NCBI GenBank assembly: GCA_043812655.1
Contig: JBDRLW010000018.1
Coordinates: 1 to 59,595, forward strand
Source: a bacterium
GTDB taxonomy: Bacteria; Margulisbacteria; WOR-1; O2-12-FULL-45-9; XYB2-FULL-48-7
Direction: 5' to 3'
Length of the DNA stretch: 59,595 bases
Below are positions 10,706 through 19,911 of the stretch, one piece after another. The position numbers and the translations under genes are program-made. The notes beneath the pieces are model-generated. The model was given only the letters and a program-made list of their open reading frames with translations, was not told the DNA's origin and made no database searches. The first letter of the stretch is position 1; every line of letters starts with the position of its first letter.

Positions 10706-11035
10706 TTATCCTTGCGGCGGCAGGAGAGTGACGAGGTCGTCGACCTCCACATTATTAAAAAAATAAGCGACTCTTTTTTTGAGTAGGGCAATTTCTTCCC
10801 GCCCGCCCAGTTTTTTATCGACTATGATCTTGCGTTCGGCCTGATCGTATTCCATGACCTGGAAATGAGCGCCCGGTTTTTCCTGGTAGACCAAAACCCA
10901 ATGTCCGTCGTCGATCCCTAGGGCCATTTTACTCCCGTCGGGTAGAGAAATCCCTTCACTTCTAAACGCAATCGTACCAACGAAATTCTTGTCTTTAAAG
11001 TCAACCGTTTCTAAATAGTCGCAAACTTTGGGCAT
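10706..11035 (-). CDS. Hypothetical protein
   Basis: Start moved to ATG 11035 (MPKVCDYL), 9 nt below a minus-strand TGnTATAAT. Confidence 0.65.
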   Translation of the reverse strand: MPKVCDYLETVDFKDKNFVGTIAFRSEGISLPDGSKMALGIDDGHWVLVYQEKPGAHFQVMEYDQAERKIIVDKKLGGREEIALLKKRVAYFFNNVEVDDLVTLLPPQG

Positions 11036-11084
11036 GATTGTTGTATTATACCATGCTATAATTTCCAGTAGGCGAGGATAAATC

Positions 11085-11528
11085 ATGACCAAAGAAGAAT
11101 TATTAAACACGCTTAAAAGATATTTTAAAGATAAGGCAAAAGCTTACAAGGTTGAGCTAGCATTCCTTTATGGTTCATGGGCTAGAGGGCTTCCCCGACT
11201 AGATTCGGACGTCGATGTTGCGGTTGTCTTTTCCCGTAGTGTTCCAACCAGTGAAACGTTTAGTTTACTGACTGATTTATCGCTGGATCTTTCGGCCTTT
11301 ATCGGCAAAGAAGTGAACATTATCAATATTTCACCTGATTTCCATAAGCCGATGTTATATTATAACGCGATCATCCTAGGCCGTCCGGTTTATATTGAAA
11401 GCACTGACCGGTACGCCAGGTTTTTTGTGGATGCTATTTGTCAGATGGAAGACTTTAGCCTTTTTGGCACAAAGTGGCAGGTTAGGGCGGCGCAGAAAAA
11501 CCTGGCAGAGGCAGGCAAGAATGGCTGA
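11085..11528 (+). CDS. MntA-like nucleotidyltransferase antitoxin
   Basis: FLYGSWARGLPRLDSDVDVAV (GSx10DxD). Confidence 0.88.
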   Translation: MTKEELLNTLKRYFKDKAKAYKVELAFLYGSWARGLPRLDSDVDVAVVFSRSVPTSETFSLLTDLSLDLSAFIGKEVNIINISPDFHKPMLYYNAIILGRPVYIESTDRYARFFVDAICQMEDFSLFGTKWQVRAAQKNLAEAGKNG

Positions 11529-11949
11529 ATTTACCTACGCTAAAGGCCGGATCAACGAATCAATCGAATTTATTTCCAAAGAGATTAAGGAATTCGAAAA
11601 AGAGTATGCCGGCAAAAGCTGGAAAGACTATCAAAATGAAGCCAAAATCCAGAAACTAATTGACCGGACAGTTGAAAATATTTTAACCGCGTTGATCGAA
11701 GTGAGCGGGACGATCGTAGCGGAAAAGGGAATATCAGCCGAGAATTACAGCGAAGTCATGAAATCAGCCGCCAAAATATTCGGCTTCAAAATTGAAGACC
11801 AAGAAGTATTGGCAAAATTAGCTTCTTTGAGAAATCGCTTGGCTCACCGCTACCTCGATTATAAATGGGACGCGATAAAATATTATAAAGAAAACAGCCA
11901 GCTGATCATAAAATATCTTAGTAAGATTTTGGAAGGAATAAAAACCTGA
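11521..11949 (+). CDS. HepT-like (DUF86) HEPN RNase toxin
   Basis: RNRLAHRY (Rx4H plus following Tyr); ATG 11521 overlaps the MNT stop region. Confidence 0.85.
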   Translation: MAEFTYAKGRINESIEFISKEIKEFEKEYAGKSWKDYQNEAKIQKLIDRTVENILTALIEVSGTIVAEKGISAENYSEVMKSAAKIFGFKIEDQEVLAKLASLRNRLAHRYLDYKWDAIKYYKENSQLIIKYLSKILEGIKT

Positions 11950-11954
11950 AGGAG

Positions 11955-12197
11955 TTAAGATCGTAAAGATTTAATTGCTTTGAGGGCATCACTTGATTTA
12001 AGGCCGGCTTCTTTGGCGAATTGTTTTCCCCAATCAAATGTTTCATCCCAATAGTCTTTTTTTGGTTTTTCCAGCACGACCTCTTTCCCGTTCAATAACC
12101 TGACAATTAGCCAGTCGCCATCCTTGATAGGGGATTTTTTTAGGATATCTTTTGGGAGTTCAATAATAAAACTGTCTTTATCGGTTGCCTTTGCCAT
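11955..12197 (-). CDS. AbrB/MazE-like DNA-binding protein
   Basis: IIELPKDILKKSPIKDGDWLIVRLLNGKEVVLEKP pattern. Confidence 0.65.
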   Translation of the reverse strand: MAKATDKDSFIIELPKDILKKSPIKDGDWLIVRLLNGKEVVLEKPKKDYWDETFDWGKQFAKEAGLKSSDALKAIKSLRS

Positions 12198-12250
12198 ATA
12201 TTTTCACATTCCTTAAATCAATCTTATCATAAAAAAAGGATAAAAAAAGT

Positions 12251-12277
12251 GAAATTATGACTTTATTTTTACGATAG
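12251..12277 (+). promoter_or_regulatory. sigma28/SigD-like promoter candidate
   Basis: AAAGTGAAA-N15-TACGATAG upstream of orphan 12331. Confidence 0.6.
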
Positions 12278-12330
12278 AGGTAAGAAGATATTTAAGTAAA
12301 ATGCCAAGAGAATAAAAAGGAGGAAAGAAA

Positions 12331-13812
12331 ATGTCTATTAAGCGCCCAGTTATTTTTCCAAAAAAAGAAGGGGGAGGTAGAGGAAGCGGGATCGTTGACC
12401 CGACAATTACCTTGATGAAGAGATTTGGCGGTTTAGCCGCAATTCCTAAAGAAGAGCTGGACCAATATGGATTATTTCGGGTCTGCCGCGGCAATAATTC
12501 ATTTTCCCTATTAAAAAAAGATGATTATAATCATTTAATGAAATTTGCACATATTTTAACAGCTGAAAATGGGCCGTATTCTGGATATATTTCAGCGAAT
12601 GAAAGACAGGACGTTATTGATTTTATATTTTCTCGAACAACTTCATTCTCGATCGCTCGAGCAAAGCAGGCGGTGGGAAGGGCCATAAGAATGAAGGAAG
12701 CAGGTTGCCCTCCAATTTATCAATTAGATGAGGCAGGAAAGAAACGGGTCAATTTAGTTGATTTGTCTCCCGAATTAATAGAACGGACTAGCTTTCCGGT
12801 TATTGACTATCTTTTAAAATTTGTGAGCGGTTCATTTTTTACTGATCGAAAGGAAATCGCATTTAAAAATTGCAGAGAAGGGAACAGATTATCATTGCAA
12901 AAATATAAAATTGCTATTTTGCCTGCGGAAATTTCGGATATTCTATCTTTTAGGGCCAAAGCTTTTCGTGGGGATCAAGTAGACATTGCGGTTATAAATG
13001 AGGCGCTATATTATGCAATGAATAATTTTGATATACAGGAAATTGATCGCGAAAAAATATTGGATTACATGAAAGCTGTTGCAAGCCGTTTGGCGGAACA
13101 AATTAAGGCACTGAAACCACAAGATCGTCAATATCAAAAGTACAATCCGAGTGACGATTTTAACTTTTTGAATGAAAAACTATGGTTTATTAATTATTCA
13201 GCAGAAGATGTTGGTAGAATATTGGCTGATTATTTTAAATCTCCTCAGGCATTAAAAAATGAAGGATTAAACGCCAGGCTTTATTTCCTTTTTCCTAACA
13301 AGAGAGAAGAATTGAAAGGATTCTTGTCGATGGCTAGGGAGCAAGCTCGAATAAGCCAATCACAGGCATTATTAAATGAGCTGCTTAATGCTTCAGTTCA
13401 CGAGGAAGTAAGAATTACTACGGATTTGCTTAATAAGGCAAAAGAAGAGGGAGTATTTGATAAAGCAAAACTCATTATTCAAAAACGATTAAAGAACTTA
13501 TCCGACAAAAACCAATGGCTTGTCATGGATGGTTGTGAAACAATTGGCGTCAAATCGAACATTGCTGCTGGCGTGTTTTATTTACAGGAAATCAAAGATA
13601 TTCTTTATCAATTACGTTTTTCAATTGTTAAAAAAGCAACAGATATTGAAGTATATCGTTGGTGTAATTCGAAAGATGGGGGGACCGGTAAAATATTCAG
13701 TGGAAAATTCTTGGGTTTAAGTAGCGATCAAATGGCTGTATTGTCTTTAGCAAGAGAAAAATATTTTCGGGGACGCGAGGAGAATATGAAGAAGGCGGAA
13801 AAACAAAATTAA
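12331..13812 (+). CDS. Orphan hypothetical protein (AT-rich)
   Basis: 493-aa ORF with SD AAAGGAGG; no family recognised. Confidence 0.8.
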   Translation: MSIKRPVIFPKKEGGGRGSGIVDPTITLMKRFGGLAAIPKEELDQYGLFRVCRGNNSFSLLKKDDYNHLMKFAHILTAENGPYSGYISANERQDVIDFIFSRTTSFSIARAKQAVGRAIRMKEAGCPPIYQLDEAGKKRVNLVDLSPELIERTSFPVIDYLLKFVSGSFFTDRKEIAFKNCREGNRLSLQKYKIAILPAEISDILSFRAKAFRGDQVDIAVINEALYYAMNNFDIQEIDREKILDYMKAVASRLAEQIKALKPQDRQYQKYNPSDDFNFLNEKLWFINYSAEDVGRILADYFKSPQALKNEGLNARLYFLFPNKREELKGFLSMAREQARISQSQALLNELLNASVHEEVRITTDLLNKAKEEGVFDKAKLIIQKRLKNLSDKNQWLVMDGCETIGVKSNIAAGVFYLQEIKDILYQLRFSIVKKATDIEVYRWCNSKDGGTGKIFSGKFLGLSSDQMAVLSLAREKYFRGREENMKKAEKQN

Positions 13813-13909
13813 GTATTTTTAAATGATTAAGATTTGACGATCTTTTATAGATATTTATTAATTCCGCCTTTTATTAAAGGCCTTTGCCATGCTATAATTT
13901 CCCCAAGTT

Positions 13910-14953
13910 ATGCTACGTTATTTAACGGCTGGAGAATCACACGGCAAAGCACTCGTTGCTATCATCGAAGGTTGTCCGGCTGACCTGCCGCTGTCGCCAA
14001 ACGACATTAATTGGGAATTAGCTGAAAGACAAAAAGGATACGGCCGCGGCGCGCGGATGAAGATCGAAGGCGACCAGGCCGAAATTATTGCCGGAGTCCG
14101 CAACGGAAAAACGATCGGCAGTCCGATCGCAGTTTTAATCCCCAACCAGAGCACCGAATTTTTTGAGAAATCGATTTCACAACTCCGCCCCGGTCATGCC
14201 GATCTGGCTGGAGCGATCAAATACAACCAAAAAGATATTCGTAATATTTTAGAACGCTCCTCCGCCAGGGAAACCGCGGCTAGAGTAGCGATCGGCTCTA
14301 TCACTCGCAAACTCCTCGATGAATTTCAGATCAAGATCACGAACCGAGTTGTTTCTATTGGTGGCGCAACCGCTGAAAATGAGTGGAAAAAACTTATTGA
14401 TCAAGCCAGTGAAAAGGGTGATACGCTAGGCGGTGTTTTTGAAATTACTGTTTCGGGGGTCCCGGCTGGTTTAGGTGGTTACAGCCAGTGGGATAAGCGC
14501 CTCAACGGTAATTTAGCCAGAGCCGTTATGTCGATCCCGGCGGTCAAGGGGGTGGAGATTGGGCTGGGTTTTGGAGTTGCCAGCCAGCCAGGGTCCAGGG
14601 TCCATGATGAGATTTTCTACGAGAAGGGTAAAGGGTTTTACCACAAAACTAATAATGCTGGCGGGATCGAAGGCGGGATCACCAATGGTGAGCCAATAGT
14701 GATAAGGGCGGCGATGAAGCCGATCTCAACCTTGAAAACGCCTTTAAATTCGGTTGATATGACGACCAAAAAGCCTTCGCCAGCTTATATTGAGCGGTCG
14801 GACGTCTGTGCGGTGGAAGCGGCGGCGGTAATTGGGGAAGCGGTCGCTGCCTTGGAAGTGGCCAATGCCTTTATTGAAAAATTTGGCGGAGATTCCCTGC
14901 CAGAGATCAAAGATAACTTTGCCTCTTATCAAAAACGCCTCTCTGTGCTATAA
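13910..14953 (+). CDS. aroC: Chorismate synthase
   Basis: [33 protein letters not shown]. Confidence 0.98.
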   Translation: MLRYLTAGESHGKALVAIIEGCPADLPLSPNDINWELAERQKGYGRGARMKIEGDQAEIIAGVRNGKTIGSPIAVLIPNQSTEFFEKSISQLRPGHADLAGAIKYNQKDIRNILERSSARETAARVAIGSITRKLLDEFQIKITNRVVSIGGATAENEWKKLIDQASEKGDTLGGVFEITVSGVPAGLGGYSQWDKRLNGNLARAVMSIPAVKGVEIGLGFGVASQPGSRVHDEIFYEKGKGFYHKTNNAGGIEGGITNGEPIVIRAAMKPISTLKTPLNSVDMTTKKPSPAYIERSDVCAVEAAAVIGEAVAALEVANAFIEKFGGDSLPEIKDNFASYQKRLSVL

Positions 14954-15057
14954 TAATTGTGTCGCGAAATCAATCGACTTAATCCCATTGTGCTAGTGGT
15001 GATTCATTCGTGCAATGAGCTTTAGCGAAAATATTAGAGAGGGGTTACATTAAATAG

Positions 15058-15477
15058 ATGTCTGCGAAAATAAAGTTACAGCGTGTTGGGACCAAAAATC
15101 GCCCGTTTTATCGGGTAGTTGTCCAAGATGAATCAAGATCGACCGTCAGCAGTGTGGTTGAGATCCTGGGAAAATATCAGCCATTAGCTGATCCGTCAGT
15201 CTTTGAAGTGAATACCGAAAAAACGCTAGCCTGGATCAAAAATGGCGCTAAGCCAACTGATAAAGTCAGGATCCTTTTAGGTAAAGCGGGGGTTTTACCT
15301 GCTGTTGACCTAGCCGCACTCCCCAAGAGAAAGAAAAAAGGAGCGGAAGAACCTGCCCCGGAAGCCGACGCAGCACCAGCGCCTGAAGCTAAAACCGAAG
15401 CTGCCGCCGCACCAGAATCAGAAGCCCCGAAGTCCCTCGACACCTCGACTTCGCTCGGTGCTCGGGACAAGGAGTAA
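15058..15477 (+). CDS. rpsP: 30S ribosomal protein S16 with Ala/Pro/Glu-rich tail
   Basis: KIKLQRVGTKNRPFYRVVVQD...GAKPTDKV. Confidence 0.95.
   Translation: MSAKIKLQRVGTKNRPFYRVVVQDESRSTVSSVVEILGKYQPLADPSVFEVNTEKTLAWIKNGAKPTDKVRILLGKAGVLPAVDLAALPKRKKKGAEEPAPEADAAPAPEAKTEAAAAPESEAPKSLDTSTSLGARDKE
15432..15468 (+). repeat. Nested pair of stem-TCGAC-loop-CTC-stem hairpin elements
   Basis: GTCCC TCGAC [ACC TCGAC TTCG CTC GGT] G CTC GGGAC. Confidence 0.7.
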
Positions 15478-15482
15478 TAGTC

Positions 15483-15740
15483 ATGAAAGAACTAGTAGAG
15501 TATATTGTTAAATCGCTGGTCGATGCCCCAGAAGCCGTTGAAGTCAAAGAAACCCAAACCGAATCAGTCACTATTATTGAAGTCAGGACCGCTCCGGCCG
15601 ATTCCGGCAAGGTTATCGGCAAAGAAGGGCGGATAGTCAACGCGATCCGGACGATCGTTAAAGCCACGTCAGCTAAACAACAGAAAAAAGTCTCGGTTGA
15701 AATTATAACCGAAGATAAAAAACCTCGGGAGGTATTCTAA
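15483..15740 (+). CDS. khpA: KH-domain RNA-binding protein
   Basis: MKELVEYIVKSLVD...GKVIGKEGR; follows rpsP. Confidence 0.92.
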   Translation: MKELVEYIVKSLVDAPEAVEVKETQTESVTIIEVRTAPADSGKVIGKEGRIVNAIRTIVKATSAKQQKKVSVEIITEDKKPREVF

Positions 15741-16162
15741 TGGCTAATGAATCAGTCGAATTAAAACGGGTAGTGATGGTCAAAGCGGTCGTGACCGAGC
15801 CCTTTAAGGCTAATTTGATCAAAGAATTAGAAAGAGCGATCGCCAACCTCGATACTCAAGTTGGCCAAATGGAAACCCAGGGGAAAACATATCTAGAAGA
15901 CCTCAAGAAAAAAGGGGTAATGCAAAAAGCGGCCGCTTTTAAACAGCAGATGGATGAAGAAAGGGCAAGACAAGCCGCTGCCAAGTCAGACCTCACGATG
16001 AAGATCGAAGAGGCCAAGCGCTTGGTCCTTAATTCTGAATTCGTCCAAGGCCCGCTTGAAGGGCCGGTTGATGTTAGCGTTGGCGACAACCTCTATAAAA
16101 AAGTTGGCGGCGCCGAGATCTTGGTCAAAGACGGGATAATCCAAGAAATCCGCAATTTATAA
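15740..16162 (+). CDS. YlqD family protein
   Basis: KRVVMVKAVVTE...coiled coil...VSVGDNL...EILVKDG; typical position in the rpsP operon. Confidence 0.8.
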   Translation: MANESVELKRVVMVKAVVTEPFKANLIKELERAIANLDTQVGQMETQGKTYLEDLKKKGVMQKAAAFKQQMDEERARQAAAKSDLTMKIEEAKRLVLNSEFVQGPLEGPVDVSVGDNLYKKVGGAEILVKDGIIQEIRNL

Positions 16163-16183
16163 CCCCTCGACATAGCTCGGGGT
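16162..16183 (+). repeat. stem-TCGAC-loop-CTC-stem hairpin
   Basis: ACCCC TCGAC ATAG CTC GGGGT. Confidence 0.7.
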
Positions 16184-16189
16184 AAATCG

Positions 16190-16915
16190 ATGCATATTGA
16201 AATTCTTACCTTGTTCCCTGAAATGTTTCAGGGGCCGCTTAGCGAAAGCCTGATCAAAAAAGCGCGCGATAAAAAACTCCTTGAGATCAATGTGATCAAT
16301 CTCCGCGATTTTACAACCGATAAGCATAAAACCGCCGACGATTCTCCCTATGGCGGTGGCGCGGGCATGGTTATGAAAGTCGATGTTATATCGAATGCCT
16401 TGTCACGATTCACGATTCACGATTCACGAGTTATTTTAATGTGCCCGACGGGGAAAGTTTTAACCCAAGAGAAAGCTAAGTCGTTGGCGAGTGAAGAAAA
16501 GCTGGTCATTCTCTGCGGACATTATGAGGGCTATGATGAAAGGATCAGGTCTTTTGTTGATGAAGAGATCTCGATCGGGGATTATGTTTTAACTGGAGGG
16601 GAACTGCCGGCGATGGTTTTAATTGATACGGTGGCCAGGCATATTCCGGGCGTAGTCAAAGAAGCCGATTCTGTGGCCAACGATTCCTTTTCCGGGGGAC
16701 TACTCGACTATCCTTGCTATACCAGGCCTGAAGAGTTTAACGGTGAAAAAGTGCCAGAAACATTATTATCCGGCCATCATTTGGAGATCGAGAAATGGCG
16801 GCGCAAAGAAGCACTCCGAAAGACTTTTTACCAGCGGCCGGACTTGCTGGCTAAGGCCGAGCTATCCGAAGAAGATAAGAAAGTTTTGGGAGGAATATTA
16901 ATTAATGAAAAATGA
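16190..16915 (+). CDS. trmD: tRNA (guanine37-N1)-methyltransferase
   Basis: DDSPYGGGAGMVM, CGHYEGYDER, SIGDYVLTGGE, YTRP, SGHH. Confidence 0.98.
   Translation: MHIEILTLFPEMFQGPLSESLIKKARDKKLLEINVINLRDFTTDKHKTADDSPYGGGAGMVMKVDVISNALSRFTIHDSRVILMCPTGKVLTQEKAKSLASEEKLVILCGHYEGYDERIRSFVDEEISIGDYVLTGGELPAMVLIDTVARHIPGVVKEADSVANDSFSGGLLDYPCYTRPEEFNGEKVPETLLSGHHLEIEKWRRKEALRKTFYQRPDLLAKAELSEEDKKVLGGILINEK
16403..16429 (+). repeat. (TCACGAT)x~4 tandem repeat inside trmD
   Basis: Perfect heptamer array encoding SRFTIHDSR. Confidence 0.85.
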
Positions 16916-17014
16916 AAAATGACTTAATTAAAAATGAAGGTGTCCGCCTTTGGCGGATTATTTAAATAATTATACATTCATTTTTAATTTTTCATTAAGT
17001 CATTTTGCATTAAT
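16901..17014. repeat. Inverted heptamer-repeat element (AATGAAA / TTTCATT) with internal TCCGCC-TTT-GGCGGA hairpin
   Basis: Left arm 16901-16938, right arm 16977-17014; supplies the trmD TGA stop. Confidence 0.8.
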
Positions 17015-17024
17015 AAGACAACTT

Positions 17025-17597
17025 ATGACAAACGTCTATATTGCCTTGCTCCACCACCCTGTCTACAATAAACGGAAAGATGTGGTGACGACATCGATCA
17101 CCGGTTTTGATCTGCATGATATCGCCAGAAGTGCCATTACCTTTGGCGTGAAGAAGTACTTTGTGGTTAACCCCCTGCCGACCCAAAGGGCGTTTGCCGA
17201 GCGGATCTTTGAGTTTTGGATGGATGAGGGGAGCCTGGAATTTAACTGGACTCGGGCCGAGGCTTTTAAGCTGGTTTCGATCAAAAGCGACCTTGAAGAA
17301 GTGATCGCCGAAATTGAAAAAAATGAAGGTATAAAGCCAAAAATTGTGGCAACTTCGGCCAAGCCGCAGGGGACTACTAGTTATGAGCAGTTGAGATCGG
17401 AATTAGAAGCAGAAAAAGGACCATATCTAATAATGATGGGGACTGGTTGGGGGATGACTGATGAACTTATGGCCAGGGCAGACGTGATTTTAGAGCCAAT
17501 TAAGGGTAATTCCGAGTATAACCATTTGTCAGTTCGCTCCGCAACTGCTATAATATTAGATAGATTACTCGGGAGGAGAGAAAATGGGCGTAACTAA
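17025..17597 (+). CDS. SPOUT-class RNA methyltransferase of the type found next to or fused to TrmD
   Basis: YIALLHHPVYNK...DLHDIARS...GTGWG...YNHLSVRSA; start moved to ATG 17025. Confidence 0.88.
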   Translation: MTNVYIALLHHPVYNKRKDVVTTSITGFDLHDIARSAITFGVKKYFVVNPLPTQRAFAERIFEFWMDEGSLEFNWTRAEAFKLVSIKSDLEEVIAEIEKNEGIKPKIVATSAKPQGTTSYEQLRSELEAEKGPYLIMMGTGWGMTDELMARADVILEPIKGNSEYNHLSVRSATAIILDRLLGRRENGRN

Positions 17598-17955
17598 GAT
17601 AATAGAAGAGATCGAAAATTCGCAGAAAAGGAAGAACAACTTTAAATTTAAAGTTGGAGACACCGTTAAGGTCTTCTCCAAGATCGTTGAAGGCGGCAAG
17701 GAAAGGCTTCAAGGATTTGAAGGGATCGTTCTAAGGCGGAGTGGCGGGGGGAACCGCGAAGTCTTCACTGTCCGCAAGATCGTCCAAGGCGTTGGCGTAG
17801 AAAGAATTTTCCCGATCCATTCACCAAAGATAGAACGGGTTGAAACCCTTAAATCAGGCAAAGTTAGAAGAGCTAAGCTTTATTACATGCGCAAACGAAA
17901 GGGCGGGAGCGCCATGCGTATAAATGAAGGAAAAGCCGAAGTTGAATCAGCTTAA
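17584..17955 (+). CDS. rplS: 50S ribosomal protein L19
   Basis: GDTVKV, ERLQGFEG, GVGVERIFP, GKVRRAKLYY. Confidence 0.98.
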   Translation: MGVTKIIEEIENSQKRKNNFKFKVGDTVKVFSKIVEGGKERLQGFEGIVLRRSGGGNREVFTVRKIVQGVGVERIFPIHSPKIERVETLKSGKVRRAKLYYMRKRKGGSAMRINEGKAEVESA

Positions 17956-18454
17956 GAGCTGGATATTTGATTGGGGCGAAACATTAATTGTCGCCCTGGT
18001 TCTGGCCCTGGTCATCCGCGCTTTTTTTCTCCAAGTATTTTGGATCCCTTCGTGCTCGATGGAACCAACCCTTAATATTAATGACCGGATCGTAGTTAAT
18101 AAAGTTATTTATTATTTCCGGGCGCCAAAACGATTTGAGATCATGGTTTTCCGCGGGGTTGGCGAACCGAAAAAAGATCTAATTAAAAGGATCGTTGGGC
18201 TCCCTGGCGAAAAACTTGAGTTGAAAAAAGGCGTTCTCTACATTAACGACCAACAAATCACGGAGACCCACCAGATCAACCAGGACAACGTTAACTATGG
18301 ACCGGTCCAGATACCAAATGATTCTTACTTTATGATGGGCGACAACCGCCCCTTTTCGGCTGACAGCCGCTACTTCGGCTTCCTCCCCAAAAAGAACATT
18401 ATTGGCCCCGCCATCCTCCGCATCTGGCCGCTGACAAAGATCGGATTAATCTGA
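17924..18454 (+). CDS. lepB: Signal peptidase I
   Basis: IPSCSMEPTL, IKRIVGLPGE, GDNRPFSADSR. Confidence 0.95.
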   Translation: MKEKPKLNQLKSWIFDWGETLIVALVLALVIRAFFLQVFWIPSCSMEPTLNINDRIVVNKVIYYFRAPKRFEIMVFRGVGEPKKDLIKRIVGLPGEKLELKKGVLYINDQQITETHQINQDNVNYGPVQIPNDSYFMMGDNRPFSADSRYFGFLPKKNIIGPAILRIWPLTKIGLI

Positions 18455-18467
18455 TATAATCGGGCGG

Positions 18468-19058
18468 ATGCCCGCCACATTTAAAATCGAACGCCAATTA
18501 TGGACCAATGGTTTCCGCTTTGTTGCCGGGGTGGATGAAGTTGGGAGAGGGCCGCTAGCCGGGCCGATCGTTGCCGCCGCCGTAATTTTTCCTCAAGGCG
18601 TAAAAATATCCGGTCTTGATGACTCCAAAAAATTATCTCCCCAAAGACGCGCCGAATTATATATCTGGATAAAGGCGAAGGCCCTAGCGGTTAGCGTGGC
18701 TTTAATTAACCATACTACGATCGACCGGATAAATGTTGGCAAAGCGAATATAAAAGTTTTGGAGCTAGCGATAGGCGAATTAAAGATAGCTCCCGATTTT
18801 GTTTTGGTTGATGGAGCGAGGAATAAACTTAATATTAGCCACCCGCAGAAAGCGATCAATAAAGGGGATGGCAAATATGCCTCCGTTGCCGCCGCGTCGA
18901 TCATTGCCAAGGTGACCCGCGATAGTTTGATGGTTGAATATGACAGGCAATATCCCGAATATGGTTTTTCCAGGCATAAGGGTTATGGGACGCGGGAACA
19001 TTTGAAAAATATTTCGAAGTTCGGGCCATGCGAGATCCACAGGCGCTCTTTCCTTTAA
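18468..19058 (+). CDS. rnhB: Ribonuclease HII
   Basis: GVDEVGRGPLAGP, DSKKL, AASIIAKVTRD, HKGYGT. Confidence 0.97.
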   Translation: MPATFKIERQLWTNGFRFVAGVDEVGRGPLAGPIVAAAVIFPQGVKISGLDDSKKLSPQRRAELYIWIKAKALAVSVALINHTTIDRINVGKANIKVLELAIGELKIAPDFVLVDGARNKLNISHPQKAINKGDGKYASVAAASIIAKVTRDSLMVEYDRQYPEYGFSRHKGYGTREHLKNISKFGPCEIHRRSFL

Positions 19059-19102
19059 CTGGCTTGACGTTCGTGTTATAATTTCTTAAAAGTTTTTTAG
19101 TA

Positions 19103-19123
19103 GTATCTCGACAAGCTCGATAC
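19103..19123 (+). repeat. stem-TCGAC-loop-CTC-stem hairpin
   Basis: GTATC TCGAC AAG CTC GATAC, directly before the hup SD. Confidence 0.7.
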
Positions 19124-19137
19124 AAGGGGGTGAAATA

Positions 19138-19410
19138 ATGAATAAACAACAACTTTGCGCCCAAGTTTCCAAACAGACAAAAATGTCCAAGGCCAAAGTC
19201 ATGCAAATGCTTGACTCAACCTTTACCACGATCCAGGGTTCACTGAAAAAAGGCCAAGAAGTCCGCTTGATCGGCTTTGGCTCCTGGAAAAAGCTCCGCC
19301 GCAAAGCCCGCCCAGGCCGCAACCCGCAAACCGGGAAGGCTTTAACGATCAAAGCCCGCAACGTTATCAAGTTCAACATGGGACAACACCTGTTCGACCT
19401 GATCAATTAG
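19138..19410 (+). CDS. hup: Histone-like DNA-binding protein HU
   Basis: MNKQQL...VRLIGFGSW...ARPGRNPQTG. Confidence 0.95.
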   Translation: MNKQQLCAQVSKQTKMSKAKVMQMLDSTFTTIQGSLKKGQEVRLIGFGSWKKLRRKARPGRNPQTGKALTIKARNVIKFNMGQHLFDLIN

Positions 19411-19426
19411 TTGAAATGTTCTAAAA

Positions 19427-19466
19427 CCTCACCCCCTTCCCCCTCTCCCAGAGGGAGAGGGGGTGA
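19427..19466. repeat. REP-like palindrome CCTCACCCC..CCCCTCTCCC-NNN-GGGAGAGGGG
   Basis: Same family as the two copies at 58634-58736. Confidence 0.8.
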
Positions 19467-19510
19467 ATTTTTTTCTAGTTGTAATCTCGCCAGTTTTATT
19501 TTTTTCCACG

Positions 19511-19526
19511 TGGCAATTTATTTGCT
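19511..19526 (+). promoter_or_regulatory. Possible sigma54-type -24/-12 element upstream of yraN-comM
   Basis: TGGCAA-TTTAT-TTGCT (GG-N10-GC); single occurrence. Confidence 0.3.
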
Positions 19527-19540
19527 GAACAGTTTTTGTC

Positions 19541-19909
19541 ATGGGAAAAGAGAGCTACCTCCAAGGGTTACAAGGCGAAGAGATCGCGGAACAACACCTC
19601 ATTCAACACGGTTACGAGATAATTGAGAAAAACTTCCACTCCCAGCAAGGCGAGATCGATTTAATTGCCACGCAAAACAATTTTCTGGTTTTTGTTGAAG
19701 TCAAAAGCTATTCATTCCGCAGTTTAGGTTCACCTCTTTCCGCTGTCAGAAAAAGCAAGCGCCAAAGTATTGTCCACGCGGCGCGGACATACATATATAG
19801 AAAGGGGATCAAAGACCAAAATTGCCGGTTTGATGTCGTTACAATTTATAGGAGGCAGGACGGTTCGCGGGCGATCGACCTCTACAAGAACGCGTTCACG
19901 ATCAATTAA
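19541..19909 (+). CDS. yraN: YraN family (UPF0102) nuclease-like protein
   Basis: GEEIA, GEIDLIA, LVFVEVK, CRFDVV. Confidence 0.93.
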   Translation: MGKESYLQGLQGEEIAEQHLIQHGYEIIEKNFHSQQGEIDLIATQNNFLVFVEVKSYSFRSLGSPLSAVRKSKRQSIVHAARTYIYRKGIKDQNCRFDVVTIYRRQDGSRAIDLYKNAFTIN

Positions 19910-19911
19910 TT

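Noticed and set aside
14960..15057. Possible structured leader of rpsP (CATTGTGC...GTGCAATG)
   Set aside because: A single imperfect hairpin; I cannot match it to a known RNA family.
16950..17024. Upstream TTG start for the SPOUT methyltransferase
   Set aside because: The extension is translation of the heptamer repeat arm; the conserved domain begins at ATG 17025.
19502..19517. parS-like palindrome TTTTCCACGTGGCAAT
   Set aside because: Only 12/16 to TGTTCCACGTGGAACA and missing the conserved outer G/C positions.
19411..19626. 71-aa ORF MKCSKTSPPSPSPRGRGG
   Set aside because: Translation of the REP-like palindrome; overlaps yraN out of frame.
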